NCBI RefSeq assembly: GCF_009914755.1
Contig: NC_060934.1
Strand: one strand, 5' to 3'
DNA: 64,000 bases
Source: the human T2T-CHM13v2.0 reference genome, Homo sapiens
Part shown: positions 31,411 through 50,350 of the stretch, piece by piece
Layout: each line of letters starts with the position of its first letter
How positions within the stretch are numbered: position 1 is the first letter of the stretch
Notes under the pieces: model-generated
What the model was told of the DNA's origin: nothing
The model's database searches: none
Seen by the model: the letters and a program-made list of their open reading frames with translations, nothing else
Translations under genes and position numbers: made by a program

Positions 31411-33509
31411 ATGAAATTGCTTGACACAAATTTTCACTGGGCCTGGACAAATAGAATCATGGTTATTCTCAAGGTAAATTAAACCCTTTTCTGTTTTTCT
31501 TCTTTGTGTTGATCCATCGACCCCCATTTATTCCTTTTCCTTCCAACAGAGATAGAAGTTTATCATTAAAAGCTCCTTCTATACTTTCTGTGTTGGCTAT
31601 ATCCATCTCAGGCATTTTGTGAAAAATAGATTTAGTCTTCCTCTTAAAAATGGCTCTCATTTGTTGGGGTTGTGGATGGGGATTAGCAGGAGAAAGGGAT
31701 AGATTATGTGGAGAAACTAATACAGACCAAGCCTAGTATCTATGTCTTCCCCTGCCTTGGCTAGGAAGTAGAATTGGACTTTGGGAATGCAATTTAATTC
31801 TATGTTTATTTTGTTAGATTGTGAGTGTCCTGTCACCTGAAATAAATGTAAAAAGTAAATATGCCATGTGTTGCTTTTTGGAATCACGGTAGTGGACTCT
31901 GGCTTAAAAGAAAAAGAATAAAAGTGCCTGTGGGTGGCCACATTTCATCTGCAACAGCAAGCAGAACCAAATTGTTGCTCACGTTCCTCTATAGTTAGCA
32001 ATTACTGTACAAGAGCAGGAAAATATTCTAAAAGGAAAAAAAATTTCTGATGTTGGCATTTAAAAATGGTTTTCCACATTTTCTGTTAGACATAATTTTT
32101 TTTCTCATCCAAAGAAAGCTTTGTTTCTCTGCTTCACAGTAGAAATGCTAAAAAAAACTTTCAGATTTTAGCTTGATGTGTATAAAATTCATAGAGCAAA
32201 TGTAGAATATTATATAATCCTATAGAAGACATAAAAAAAATGAAACCTGTGTTTGGGAGGGAGAGTGGGAGAGGAATACAACTGTCAGCTTGAGGTTTTA
32301 TGAGTGAGGACTTCAACATTCTAGGAGCATGCTACCTGGGGGACCAGTGATGGGAATCTCACAGTTTATGATTTGGTCTTCCATCATTATTTGCTGTCTT
32401 TACATTTGGTGTCATTCCAGAAATTTAGTCTGCTTCCTTTGACTTTATCCTTTTAGATGTTGAAATCTCCTGGATCATTTACCCTTTGTCAGGGTGGATG
32501 CTGCAGGTATCCTGATTGACTTTTCATTTTCATCATCTATTAGAAAGTAGTTGGATACGTGAAGAACCTGATTCAAGAAGTTGGGTATAGAATTTGAGAC
32601 TTGTTTCATCCTACACTGACCTGAACCTGATAACTATTGAATCCAGTTGTGGGGCTGAAATTGGCTGGCATGTCTTATATCCCTCTCCTCTTAAAAACAT
32701 ACCTGTTATCCACCAGGTATGATGACTCATATATATGTGTAATCCCAGAACTTTGGGAGGCCAAGGCGGGAGGATTGCTTGAGGCCAGGAGTTTGAGACC
32801 AGCCTGCAAAACCTAGCAAAATCCTGTCTCTATGAAAAATTTAAAAATTAGCTGGGTGCGATGGTGTGCACTTCTAGTCCTAGCTACTCAGGAGGCTGAG
32901 GAGGGAGGATTGCTTGAGCCTAGGAGTTGGAGGCTGCAGTGAGCTATAATCACATGAGCTATATGCACTCCAGCCTCAGGAATAGAATGAGACCTTGTCT
33001 CCCACCACCAAAAGAACACTATTATCCATATTTATACCATATTCATTCTATTGTACTTCAAAATTAAAAACTAAATAGCGATCTAAATCCTGATTAGAGA
33101 TTCTTCCTGTAGCTGAAATGACAGCTCTGGCCAAAGCACTCTAAAGGCCAGAATGGGTATCAGCTAATGGTGCACTAGTGGTGGGTGGGGGTAGCTCAGC
33201 ATCAACTTCCTATTCAAGCCTATTGGTGATCACTAGTTATTTTCATATATAGATGACATCTTGTTAGCAATGTTATTATTGGAAACACAAGCATTTCCTT
33301 GACTCTTGATCTAGGTAGAGGTGTGGTCTAATTCCAGTCCTTCAATCACGAACTTAGCCTTTTAAGTGACGTGGTTTGGAATTCCTCTTGGAAGAAACAT
33401 TTGTGTAAATAACTTTTACTTTGTGTGTGTGTGGTGGGAGCAGGTGAGTAGGAGTGTATACTCCCTTTAAGAAAGTCAATTTTAAGATGATAATAGTTTT
33501 GTTAGATTG

Positions 33510-33960
33510 TTAGTCATTGTCCCTGGAGAAAATCAGACAGCACAGTCAATTGGGGGTTTGAACAGAGTTTAATAAAGGAATTACTTTCAATAGTGTGGGA
33601 GGGTTAAGGAAAGAACTAAGGATGGTGAAGAAATCCAGATCTAATGAAGGCAGAGCTATTACTAATCCTAGGCCTGAAGGGGGATGGTGAGTGGAAACCA
33701 GGTAATGTAGCTACAGCTGAGTAGAGGAAGCATGGGCTGGAGCCTTTGGTAAAGAGATGCTCTTGCAAGGAGTCAAGTGGGGGGTGGGTGTGGGATAAAT
33801 GCCCTGCTCTCCAGTCTCCTGCTGCTTTGATTGGTTGATCCCAATGGGGAGCCAGAGTGAAAGGGGAGACCTCTGATGTAGTACACGCTGGTCAGCCTTC
33901 TGGGATGTGTAAGAAGGTTATGGAAGGTGGAATGTAGGCCTGGAAGGGAAAACAACATAC
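33510..33960. mobile_element. Probable ancient ERVL/MaLR-class LTR fragment
   Basis: Resembles old LTR text (GAGTTTAATAAAGG...GTGTGGGAGGGTTAAGG...GGATGGTGAAG); subfamily not determined. Confidence 0.4.
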
Positions 33961-34009
33961 TGGGCATGACTAGTGACCACAGGGGTGGTATGGTAGAGTG
34001 AACAATAGT

Positions 34010-34125
34010 ACTAGAACTGTGATTACATAAGATGGTAACATTAGGCAAAGATGGCTGAAGAGTACATAAGAACTCTATACTATTTTTGCAACTCATCTGT
34101 AAATCTAAAATTATTTCCCAATAAG
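34010..34125 (+). mobile_element. L1M 3'-terminal fragment
   Basis: TACATAAGATGGTAACATTAGG...GAACTCTATACTATTTTTGCAACTCATCTGTAAATCTAAAATTATT. Confidence 0.7.
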
Positions 34126-35288
34126 CATGAGGATCCTTGAGGGGATGCATTTATACATTCTGTAATTAGATAGTCTTTTTGGCTGGTAAGGAATATTTTC
34201 TAGCTATTTAATTATAAAATATCATCAGAGTAGTATTTGGAAGAGCTGGGTGAACAAATATAAAGAAATGTCAGTGGATATTAAACTAGGAGAGTGTCTC
34301 CAGAGGTTGATTTTAAAAAGGCAAAATGAAAACTAAGGGATCTTCCTGCAGGGTTCAGCACTGACTTGCTCTTCTCTTTTCCTTCATTCCTTGATGATGC
34401 TGATAAAGAACAAGTGGGGCCAGGAGAGTGGCTCAGGCCTGTAATCCCAACACATTGGGAGGCTGAGGCGGGCAGATCACCTGAGGTTGGGTGTTCGAGA
34501 CCAGCCTGACCAACATAGAGAAACCCCCATCTCTACTAAAAATACAAAATTAGCCAGGGGTAGTGGCGCATGCCTGTAATCCCACCTACTCGGGAGGCTG
34601 CGGTAGGAGAATCACTTGAATCCAGGAGGCGGAGGTTACAGTGAGGAAACAAGCAAAAATTGCCGAGATGATGAAGGAAAACATCATCTAGGGAAAGATA
34701 CTTAACATTCCCATCATTTATAAATTGTTTTTATTGAATTTATTTACTTATTTATTTGAGACAGAGTCTCACTCTGTCACTAAGGCTGGAGTGCAGTGGT
34801 GCAGTCTTGGCTCACTGCAACCTCTGCCACCTGGGTTCAAATGATTCTCCTGCCTCAGCCTACTAAGAACTGGGATTACACACATGTGCCACCACGCCCA
34901 GCTAATTTTTTTGTATTTTTAGTCGAGACGAGGTTTTGCCATGCTGGCCAGTCTGGTCTCAAACTCCTGGCCTCAAGTGATCTGCCCACTGCAGCCTCCC
35001 AAAATGCTGGGATTACAGGTGTGAGCAACCACGCCTAGCCCATAAATTATTTTTATATATACTAGACCAGTGCTGGTTTAAAAGGACTAAATTATACTCT
35101 GGTTATGTTTGTTGTTTGTTGTTTGTTTGTTTGTTGAGCTGAGGTCTTGCCGTGCTGCCCAGGCTGGTTTTCAACTCCTGGGCTCAAACTATTTTCCTTT
35201 CTCATTCTCCTGAGTAGCTAGGATTACAGCCACCCTCCCCTGCTAAAATTACTAAATTAGATACAATTGAGTTACATTGTTTATTTTA

Positions 35289-35612
<324 letters not shown>

Positions 35613-36678
35613 CTACAAATGAAAGATAACATAGTTGCTAATGATTTTCTTCTGCTTATTTGTCTATAACTTTGTTTCAGTTAGTAAAATAAATCATTGG
35701 TAAAGTAATTTCTTTAGAGTTTTTAAACAGACGGTTATAATGCAACATTCTATTACTTGTAGCAACATGTTGCAAATTTAAGTACTAGATCAAATACTAA
35801 GCTTGACCATCCTTCAGGGGAAAAACAAAAACAAAAAAAAAAACACATGTCATTTTGATAGGTCCTTATAGTCCCAGGCAACTAATCCCAGACTTCTGGA
35901 TTTAATGGGCCAGTGAGGAAAAAAATCAGAGTGGGTGTTGAAAATATTCACAAGGGAATACCAGCTTTAATTTTTAAAAATGGAAAGAAGATAATATCAG
36001 AACACAGGAAGGTCATAGAAATTTAATAATTTAGTTTTATGACAACACATTGTCTTTATTGAACTCATTTTGTCATAAACTGGCAAAAACTGTTAAGGAC
36101 GTGTGCTCACCCATCAGTGTTTATTCACACAATCAAAGACACACATGGGCTTCGTTTGTATACCCAGAAACTGTAATACAGCATTTTGCCTGGAGATCAG
36201 ACTGGATTTCAGGGCTGAGTTCTCACTAAACCAGCTCATATACAGGCATTCGTTTATCACTGCAGCATGTATATTTCCAGTGACTCAAGACTCATGTCCA
36301 TTCTGTGATTTCTAGGAATGATCCCAAACAGAGAATCAAAGTGAATAAAAGCCAAATGGAGTTGGACGGGTTTAAGGAAAATTTCATTCAGGCTATTAAA
36401 AAAAAAAAAAAGACTTGAATTCTTCCTAGTCCACAAAAGAACATATGCCTTGTATCCTGAATACTTAGGCTCATCTGGTACGTGTTTGTGTTTTGATAGT
36501 GCCGGATTCATACTGTTTCTGAGTTGTACTTTCTTTACTGTATAGCTCTCCATTTACTGACTAGAATATATTCTCATGAGTCAGATGAAAAGAGCCAACT
36601 AATAACTTTATTTAAGTTTTGTTTGGATCTTAAGTTTTTTTTTTTGTTTTTTTTGTTTGTTTGTTTATTTGTTTTTGA

Positions 36679-36954
<276 letters not shown>

Positions 36955-37154
36955 TAAGTGAAATATTTTTAATAATGGAATGTCTTGCAATGTCATTCAT
37001 ATATATATATGAATATATATATTCTCTCTATATATAGAATATATAAATATGTTTATATATATAAATATAAATATATATTTCATTTTCAAAGATTTGATGG
37101 TAAGGTTTGCCAACCAAAATGGCCTATGCAAGAGAACGTGGGTAACAGAGGTAA

Positions 37155-37427
<273 letters not shown>

Positions 37428-37436
37428 TAGGCATGA

Positions 37437-37665
<229 letters not shown>

Positions 37666-37926
37666 TAGCCAGGCTGGTCTCGTACTCCTGACCTCGTGAT
37701 CCACCCGCCTTGGCCTCCCTAAGTGCTGGGATTATAGGCGTGAGCCACCGCGCCAGGCCTATTATTTATTTATTTTTGAGATGGAGTCTTGGTTTGTCAC
37801 CCAGGCAGGAGTGCAGTGGTGTGATCTTGGCTCACTGCAACCTCCACCTCCGGGGTTCAAGTGATTCTCCTACCTCAGCCTCCTGAGTAGCTGGGACTAA
37901 AAGTGTGTGCCACCAAGCCCAGCTAA

Positions 37927-38076
<150 letters not shown>

Positions 38077-38405
38077 TAAAAAAAAATTTTTTTTAATACA
38101 AAAGAGGGGTCTCAAATGTTGCCCAGGGTGGTCTCAACCTCCTGGATTCAAGCGATCTTCCTGCCTTGGCCTCCAAAAGTGTTGGAATTACAGGCATGAG
38201 CAACCTTTCCTGGCCCATAGTTTTGTTTGTTTGTTTATATGTTTTTATGACAGGGTCTCACTTTGTCACCTAGGCTGGAGTGCAGTGGCTCTGCTCACTG
38301 CAGCCAAAACCTACTGGGCTCACGTGATCTTCCCACCTCAGTCTCCTGAGTACCTAGGTTGACAAGTGTGTGCCACCAAGCCTGACTAATTTTATTTTTT
38401 TTTGA

Positions 38406-38564
<159 letters not shown>

Positions 38565-39320
38565 TAGTAGAGATGGGGTTTCTCCATGTTGGTCAGGCTG
38601 GTCTCGAACTCCTGACCTCAGGTGATCCACCCTCCTCGGCCTCCCAAAGTGCTGGGATTACAGGCATGAGCCACTGCCCCCGGCCAAGCCTGACTATTTT
38701 TAAAATTTTTTGCAGAGACCAGGTTTCCCTGTGTTGCCCAGGGTGATCTTGAACTTCTGGGCTTAAGCAATCATCCTGCCTTAGCCTCCTCAAGTGTTAT
38801 CCCACAGTTTTAAATAGTAACTCCTTTTCTGTACTTCTGAAGTTTTTGTCATCTATGTGTAAAATTCAGTGATGTCACATGAATTTGATTAAAGCATAGA
38901 TTATTTTCATAATTCTAGGAAATCAGATATTAAATAATAAACTTATTCTAGGAGTTTGGTTATTTTATATATATATAGCGTGTGAGAGCATTTTAAAATA
39001 TTTCATTTATTTATTTTTAAATATTTTATATACATATACACCATATCATAGGATTATCTGGGAGTTGGGTGAATTATTTAAAATATGTTAGGCAGGGCAC
39101 AGTGGCTCATACCTGTAATCCCAGCACTTTGGGAGGCTAAGGCTAGTGGGTTGCCTGAGCTCAGAAGTTTGAGACCAGCCTGGGCAACATGAGAAAACTA
39201 CATCTCTATATATTTATAAAAAATAAGGCAGGGCACGGTGGCTCACCCTTATAATCACAGCACTGTGGGAGGCCGAGACAGGAGGATCACGAGGTCAGGA
39301 GATCAAGATCATCCTGGCTA

Positions 39321-39596
<276 letters not shown>

Positions 39597-39599
39597 TCA

Positions 39600-39812
<213 letters not shown>

Positions 39813-40256
39813 TCAAAAGATAAAAAAACACAAAAATAAAAAATATGTTAAATGTTTAGAACCGCTTGGCATACTGTGGTTTTTTTGTTTTTACTTTTTT
39901 TTGACAAGGTCTTCCTCGGTCACCCAGGCTAGAGTGTAGTGGTGTGATCATGGCTCACTGCAGCCTTGACCTCCTGGATCAATTGATCTTTTACTTCAGC
40001 CTCCCAAATAGCTGGGACCATAGGTGTGCACCACCAATCCCGCCTAATTTTTATATTTTTTGTAGAGATGAGGTTTTGCCATGTTACCCAGGCTGGTCTC
40101 AAACTCCTGGGCTCAAGCAAACCCAAAGTACTAGCACTACAGGCATGAGCTACCTTGCCCAGCTAGTAATTTTTTAATAGTGATTATAATTACAAGTAAA
40201 GGTGTAATTTATGTTCATAAGAATATGAAGTGAACTAGGCTGGGCGCAGTGGCTCA

Positions 40257-40725
<469 letters not shown>

Positions 40726-41059
40726 AGTGGGTTGGGCATAGTGGCTTATGACTGTCATTCCAGTTACTCAGGAGGCTAGGGTGAGAGGATCATTTGAGCT
40801 TGGGAGTTCCAGGCTGCAATGAGTTGTAATCATGCTACTGCACTCCAGCCTAGGCCAATTGTCAGAGACCCTTTCTTTCTTTTCTTTTCTTTTCTTTTCT
40901 TTCTTTTCTTTTCTTTTCTTTTTCTTTCTTTTTTTTTTAGAGGGAGTCTCGCTCTGTTGCCCAGGCTGGAGTGTAATGGTGCGATCTCCGCTCACTGCAA
41001 CCTCTGCCTCCTGGATTCAAGTGATTCTCCTGCCTCAGTCTCCATGAGTAGCTCGGGAG

Positions 41060-41160
41060 GTGGGGGGGGTGGGGAGAGAGGGAGAGAGAGAGAGAGAGAG
41101 GGAGGGAGGGGAGAAAGGAAGGAAGGAAGGAAGAAAGGAAGGGAGGGAGGAAGGGGAAAA
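41060..41160 (+). repeat. G/GA/GGAA-rich polypurine tract
   Basis: Directly visible. Confidence 0.9.
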
Positions 41161-41496
41161 GAAAATAATATTATTTCCTCTTGGTATATTCACTTGATAG
41201 CCTTATTGAGAAATATAAGCCTATATTCAACAGAGGCTTTTCATTCCTTTTGAAAATGTCACTTCTGTTTTAATTTACTTACAATGGATGAGGCATATCT
41301 TGTTGTTGTTTTCTTTTTTTTTTTTATTTGACAGAGTCTCACTCTGTCACCCAGGCTGAAGTGCAGTGGCTCGATCTTGGCTCACTGCAACCTCCGCCTC
41401 CTGGGTTCAAGTGATTCTCCTGTCTCAGCCTCCTGACTAGCTGGGACAACAGGGGCACACCACCACACCCAGCTAATTTTTGTATTTTTGGTATAG

Positions 41497-41622
<126 letters not shown>

Positions 41623-42992
41623 TAATGTGATCAGCAGGTACTAGGACCCAATTCTATAATCCCAGCAGTGTGGGAGGCTAAGTTTGGAGAATCCACTGAT
41701 CCCCGGAGTTTGAGACCAGCCTGGGCAACATGTTGGGATCCAGTTTGAAAACTGAAAAATAAAATAAAGTCCTTTATAGTCTATTAATTTGCTTAAGTTT
41801 TTATTTGCATTTATTATTCTATATGTATGGGGGTTTTTTGTTTTTGTTTTGTTTAGGAGATAGAGTCTCACTTTGTCACCCAGGCCGTAGTGCAGTGGCA
41901 AGATCTCGGCTCACTGTAGCCTCACCTCTCAGGCTCAAGCGATCCTCCCACCTCAGTCCCCCAAGTAGCTGGGACTACAGGTACACACCACCACGCCCAG
42001 CTAATTTTTGTGTTTTTCATAGAGACGGGTTTACACCATGTTGCCCAGGCTGGTCTTGAACTCTTGAGCTCAACTGATCTGCCCACCTCAGACTCCCAAA
42101 GTGCTGGAATTACAGGCATGACCCACCATGCCTGGCTGCTTTTATGAATCATTACAAATCCTTTAAGGGTAGAGTAGTATTCACCTTTTTGTTCTCCACA
42201 GTGTCTAACAGAATATCTTGTGTTTACAACTCAATACATTTATCTTTTTAATGAATAATTGAATTCATACACATTATAGCTTAACTTCAGTCAGTTAAGT
42301 CAGAACTACAAAATTTGTGTAATTGCATCTTGGTGTAAAGGAAAAACTACTTCCTCAAATCATTGATCCAGCGTTGATAGTCTCTGTAATTAATTGCTAT
42401 GGCAAATCAAGATACATATTTAATACATTTATTTTAATTTGGTTAACTTTTCTCTGACATGTTACATTTAAAAGAACCCAAACCTACAGAAAAGTCTTTC
42501 TTTTTGATGATGGTTGCATAGACTACTTGTTCCATTTTGTAAAAAAATCTTTTGATTTGATGGTCAAGTGATTTGGGTAACTGACAGTAAATTTCAGTAA
42601 GTTTCAGGTAGGTTGTCCAATCTATGTTTAACTGTTGGAGTCTTTGTTGGAGACTGTCCAAAGTTCCTAATTACAGGAGATTAGCAGATTGGAAAAAATA
42701 ATGTAATTGGGTAAACTCAGAGATTAAATTGATCTGCTGCATCCACCCCAGTGGTTTCAGGGAATGAAGATAAAAGAATGCCTTAATCATTGGTTCATTG
42801 AAAAAACAACATGGAAAAAAAAAGTAATGATATAATAGAGCAATGGGGAAGCACTCACAAAAACACTACTGGTTGGCCGGACACAGTGGCTCAGCCTGTA
42901 ATCCCTAGCACTTTGGGAGGCCGAGGCAGGTGGATCACCTGAGGTCAGGAGTTCGAGACCAGCCTAGCCAACATGGTGAAACCCTGTCTCTA

Positions 42993-43214
<222 letters not shown>

Positions 43215-44413
43215 TTATTTGCTGATTAAGATAAGTAGAAGCTATTTCAATGTTAATTTTGTCCCTCCACCCATGAAATCTGGTTTATGCTCTCACTTAA
43301 TGGATAGTGTAAAATAGCTGAACTGAAGATTGGAACATTTCATGAGAAATTTAATCCACCTGTCCAGGGTTTATTTAAAGCCTGTGATATTTGATCACTT
43401 CACTAAAACAACTTAGGACCATGCTGACCATGCTGATTTAGTTGGGCCACATTTTCTAAGATGCTATGCATTATCACAAATGATACAATTATACTATAAG
43501 GTCTAACAGCTAATTTCTGCTCAATAGAATTTCTAGGGGGAAATACTGAAGATTAATTTATGTGCTGTTCATGGTCAGAAATAAAAAACAGTGTAAATAC
43601 TGTGTTTTCCTTCAAAAGTGGAGAAAGGAAAAAATGTATTTTTCTGTCCTGACTTTTCAAAAAACTCAGTCAAATTCACTGCCCAAGAAATGTGATTTGC
43701 TAAATTCTGAAATGAAAAAGTATCCTGTCTTCTCACTTCTTAATTTTTTGAGACAAGAGTCTTGCTCTGTTATCCAGGGTGGAGTGTGGTGGCACGATCT
43801 CAGCTCACTGCAACCTAACCTTCACCTCTTAGGTTCAAGCGATTCTTGTGCCTCAGCCACCTGAGTAGCTGGGACTACAGGTGTGCTCACTGCATTCTCC
43901 ACCTCCTGGGTTCAAGCAGTTCTCGTGCCTGAGTCTCTTGAGTAGCTGGGATTACAGGTGTATGCCATCACACCTGGCTAAATTTTGTATATTTTATAGA
44001 GACAGGGTTTTTTCATGTTGCCCAGGCTGGTCTCAAACTCCTGAGCTCAAGCAATCCGCCCACCTTGGCCTCCTAAACTCCTGGGCTTACAGGCGTGAGC
44101 CATCACACCCAGCCATTCTCACTTCTTTCTTGTGTGTTTCATAAAAAATTTAAAATTTTTATGGCTTTTTTTTTTTGAGTTTTACTTTTTTGCCCATGTT
44201 GGCACTCCAACGTGGTGTGATATCGGCTCACTGCATCCTCCGTCTCCCAGGTTGAAGCAATTCTTTTGCCTCAGCCTCCTGAATAGCTGGGATTACAGGC
44301 GTGTGCCACCACACCCGGCTAATTTTTGTATTTTTAGTAGAGATGGTTTCACCATGTTGGCCAGGCTGGTCTCGAACTCCTGACCTCGTGACCCACCCGC
44401 CTGGGCCTCCTGA

Positions 44414-44803
<390 letters not shown>

Positions 44804-44898
44804 TGATCCACCTGCCTCGGCCTCCCAAAGTGCTAGGATTACAGGCATGAGCCACTGCGTCCAGGCAAGAACAGTGTTTTTTATTTTTTATATTTTGA

Positions 44899-45183
<285 letters not shown>

Positions 45184-45189
45184 TAAACT

Positions 45190-45770
45190 CCTTACTAGAG
45201 TATTTCCTATAAATAAGGACATCTTAGCTTACTGTAAATCATCAAATTAAGGAAATGAACATTTATACAATGCTATTATTATCTAATGTACTAATGTACT
45301 GATAAGGAAATTAACATTGATACAATGCTATTATTATTTAATCTACTAATAAGGAAATTAACATTGATACAATGCTATTATTTCATCAGATAATAATTTA
45401 CTCATCAGTACCTATTCAGATGTCACCAATTGTCCTAATACCTTGTAATTCAGACGCTCATTATGCATTGCATTCAGTTGCTATATCTCTTTAGTCTTTC
45501 AATCTGATATTTTCCAAGCGTACAGGTCAGCTATTTTTGAAGAATTTCCCTCAAATTGAGTTTTGCATTTGCTGATGATTACATTCAAGTTATGCATTTT
45601 CACAAGAGTATCACAGAAGTGAGTTTGTGATCTCTGCAGCATCGTATCTGGAGACACATGTCAATTTGTGACCTTAACAGATCACTTGGTTAAGGTGTAT
45701 CTGCCAGGTTTCTCCAGTACTAACTTAGTCTTTCATTTTGTAATTAAGCAATCTTTTGAGAATTTTTTTT
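45190..45770 (-). mobile_element. L1MC-like fragment containing a triplicated ~32-nt unit (AAGGAAATTAACATTGATACAATGCTATTATT)
   Basis: L1MC4/5-type antisense text (CATTGCATTCAGTTG...TCTCTTTAGTCT); repeat copies near 45249, 45304 and 45351. Confidence 0.7.
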
Positions 45771-45923
45771 TTTAATGAGACATGGTCTCATTCTCACCCT
45801 GGCGGGAATGCAGTAGCTCAATCACAGCTCACGGCAGTCTCAAACTTTTGGGCTCACACGATCCTCTCGATTCAGCCTCCAAAATTGCTGGGATTACAGG
45901 TGCATGTAAGTATGCCCAGATAA

Positions 45924-46133
<210 letters not shown>

Positions 46134-46767
46134 TAGCCAGGATGGTCTCAATCTCCTGACCTCGTGATCCACCCGCCTCGGCCTCCCAAAGTCCTGGGAT
46201 TACAGGCATGAGCCACCGCGCCTGGCCTTTTTTTTTTTTTTTTTTTTGAGACGGAGTCTTGCTCTATCGCCCAGGCTGGAGTGCAGTGGCGCGATCTCAC
46301 TGCAAGCTCCGCTTCCCGGGTTCACACTATTCTCCTGCCTCAGCCTCCCGAGTAGCTGGGACTATAGGCGCCTGCCACCACGCCTGGCTAATTTTTTTTT
46401 GTATTTTTAGTAGAGACGGGGTTTCACCATGTTAACCAGGATGGTCTCGATCTCCTGACCTCGTGATCCACCCACCTCGGCCTCCCAAAGTGCTAGGATT
46501 ACAGGCGTTAGCCACCGCGCCTGGCCAATTTTTAAACTTTTTTACAGACATGGAGTCTTGTTACATTGCCCTGGCTGGTCTTGAACTCCCAGCCTCAAGC
46601 GATCCTTCTGCCTCAGCCTCCCAAAATGCTGGGGATACAGGGACACCCTACCAAGCACAGCCTGAGAAGATACATTAAGACTATGTCAATATACTGTTAA
46701 TTCTCTTTGGTTTTTAGCATCCATTGAGGATCTTTGTTTTTTTTGTTTGTTTGTTTGTTTGTTTTGA

Positions 46768-46872
<105 letters not shown>

Positions 46873-48744
46873 TGAGTAGCTGGGACTTATAGGCATGCGC
46901 CACCACGTCTGGCTAATTTTGTATTTTTAGTAGAGGCGGGGTTTCACCATGTTGGTCAGACTGGTCTGGAACTCCCAGCCTCAGGTGATCCACCCGCCTC
47001 GACCTCCCAATGTGCTGGGATTACAGGCGTGAGCCACCGCGCCTGGCCAATGGACTCTATTTTTAACCCAAACATTTTATCTTGTACCATGTTACCTTTA
47101 CGTCATCTTGAATTTCTTTCTTTCTCTTTTTTTTTTTTTAAAGAGACAGTGTCTTGCTCTGTTGTCCATGCTGGTGTGCAGTAGTACAATTATGGCTCAT
47201 TGTAGCCTGAACCTCCTGGGCTCAAGTGATCCTCCTGAGGCATTGGGATTACAGGCGTTAGTCACCATACCTGGCTTTGAATTTTGGGGGTGGGGAGGGC
47301 ATAGCAATGGTACCTCTTGAGTTTTTAAGAGTAAAGGAGGAAACCTTTTAAGTAATAGTAAAAAATGCTTATGGCTTCTTGTGTCACTCCACTCATGAAA
47401 TCTAGTTTATACCTTCACTTAAACTAGATCAATATCTGATTGCACAGTGTAGTTAAAATGGCTAAGTTTGGTTTAAGAAAGTTGGAGTCAGGTTACTGTA
47501 TGGTAAAATGTGGCTGTAGTAACTGGCATATTTTTTAAAAAAAATAGGTATTAGGGAATGAGGCTAACTAGGCATAGAATTCCAAGGGAATGTGACATAG
47601 ACTTCATTCCTTCTTTATCTTGCCCTTCCTGCTCTTATCTTCCACAGAGCTTTATCTTACCAGGACCTTAATACAAACAAAAGAAGCCCAATGCTGAAAG
47701 TCAATGGAGATAAAGTAAAATAGAAGATAACCAATTAATCAGTGACAACCTACTCCTCCAATCTGGGACCACCTAGCTGTGAACAAAAGAAAAAAGATTT
47801 GTTTATGTACCAGATAGGAAACAAATAGCAGAAAATGCCCTTCAGGTCATGTACAAACACAAAAATTACCTCTGAGTGAAATTTTAGCTTATTATAATAG
47901 CATAAGTATAGTACAATCCTATGTACAACTGATAATCCAAGGGCAACATGTCAAAGTGTAGTCAAAATTAATTTGTTATGAAAGAAAATGCAGATTAATC
48001 AGTATGATTTAAAAGGAAATCTGGGCCTGGCCTGGTAGCAAATGGTGTCATCTCAGCACTTTGGGAGGTTGAGCTGGGAGGATCACCTGAGCCCAGGATT
48101 TCAAGGCTGCAGTGAGTTATGATCTTGCCACGTCACTCCAGCTTGGGTGACAGAATTAGACCCTGTCTCTTAAAAAGCAAATAAATAATTAAGTAAAAAG
48201 AAATTCAATGAATTCATTTAATAGTAGTTTTAAATTTTCGAAAGGAATTAAAGGTACAAAGGAAAAGTAAACATTCTCCTGTATACTTGTTCCTCCCTTC
48301 TTTCAATCTTAGTCTCATATATCAGAGGTGCAGTCTTGATAGTTTTGTGGGTATCTTTCTAGGTATAGTCTATATACATACAAGTATCTCTATAGTTACA
48401 TATGTGTAGTATAGACACATGTGTCCACCCCTTCCGTTATTCTCTTTTTTTGAGCCAGAGTCTCTATCACCCAGGCTGGTGTGCAGTGGTAGAAGCTCAT
48501 CAGCTCACTGTAACCTCCGCCTCCCAGGCTCAAGCGATCCTCCCACCTCAGTCTCCTAAGTAGCTGGGAACACACATGCTCACCACCACACCTGGCTTTT
48601 TAAAATATTTTTTGTAGAGACAGAGGGGTCTCACTTTTTTGCCCTGAGCTCAAGTAATCTAGCCCCCTCAGCCTCCCAAAGTGCTGGGGTTACGGGTGTG
48701 AGCCAACTGCACCCAACCACGCCCATTCATTTTGAATGGCAGAA

Positions 48745-50350
<1,606 letters not shown>

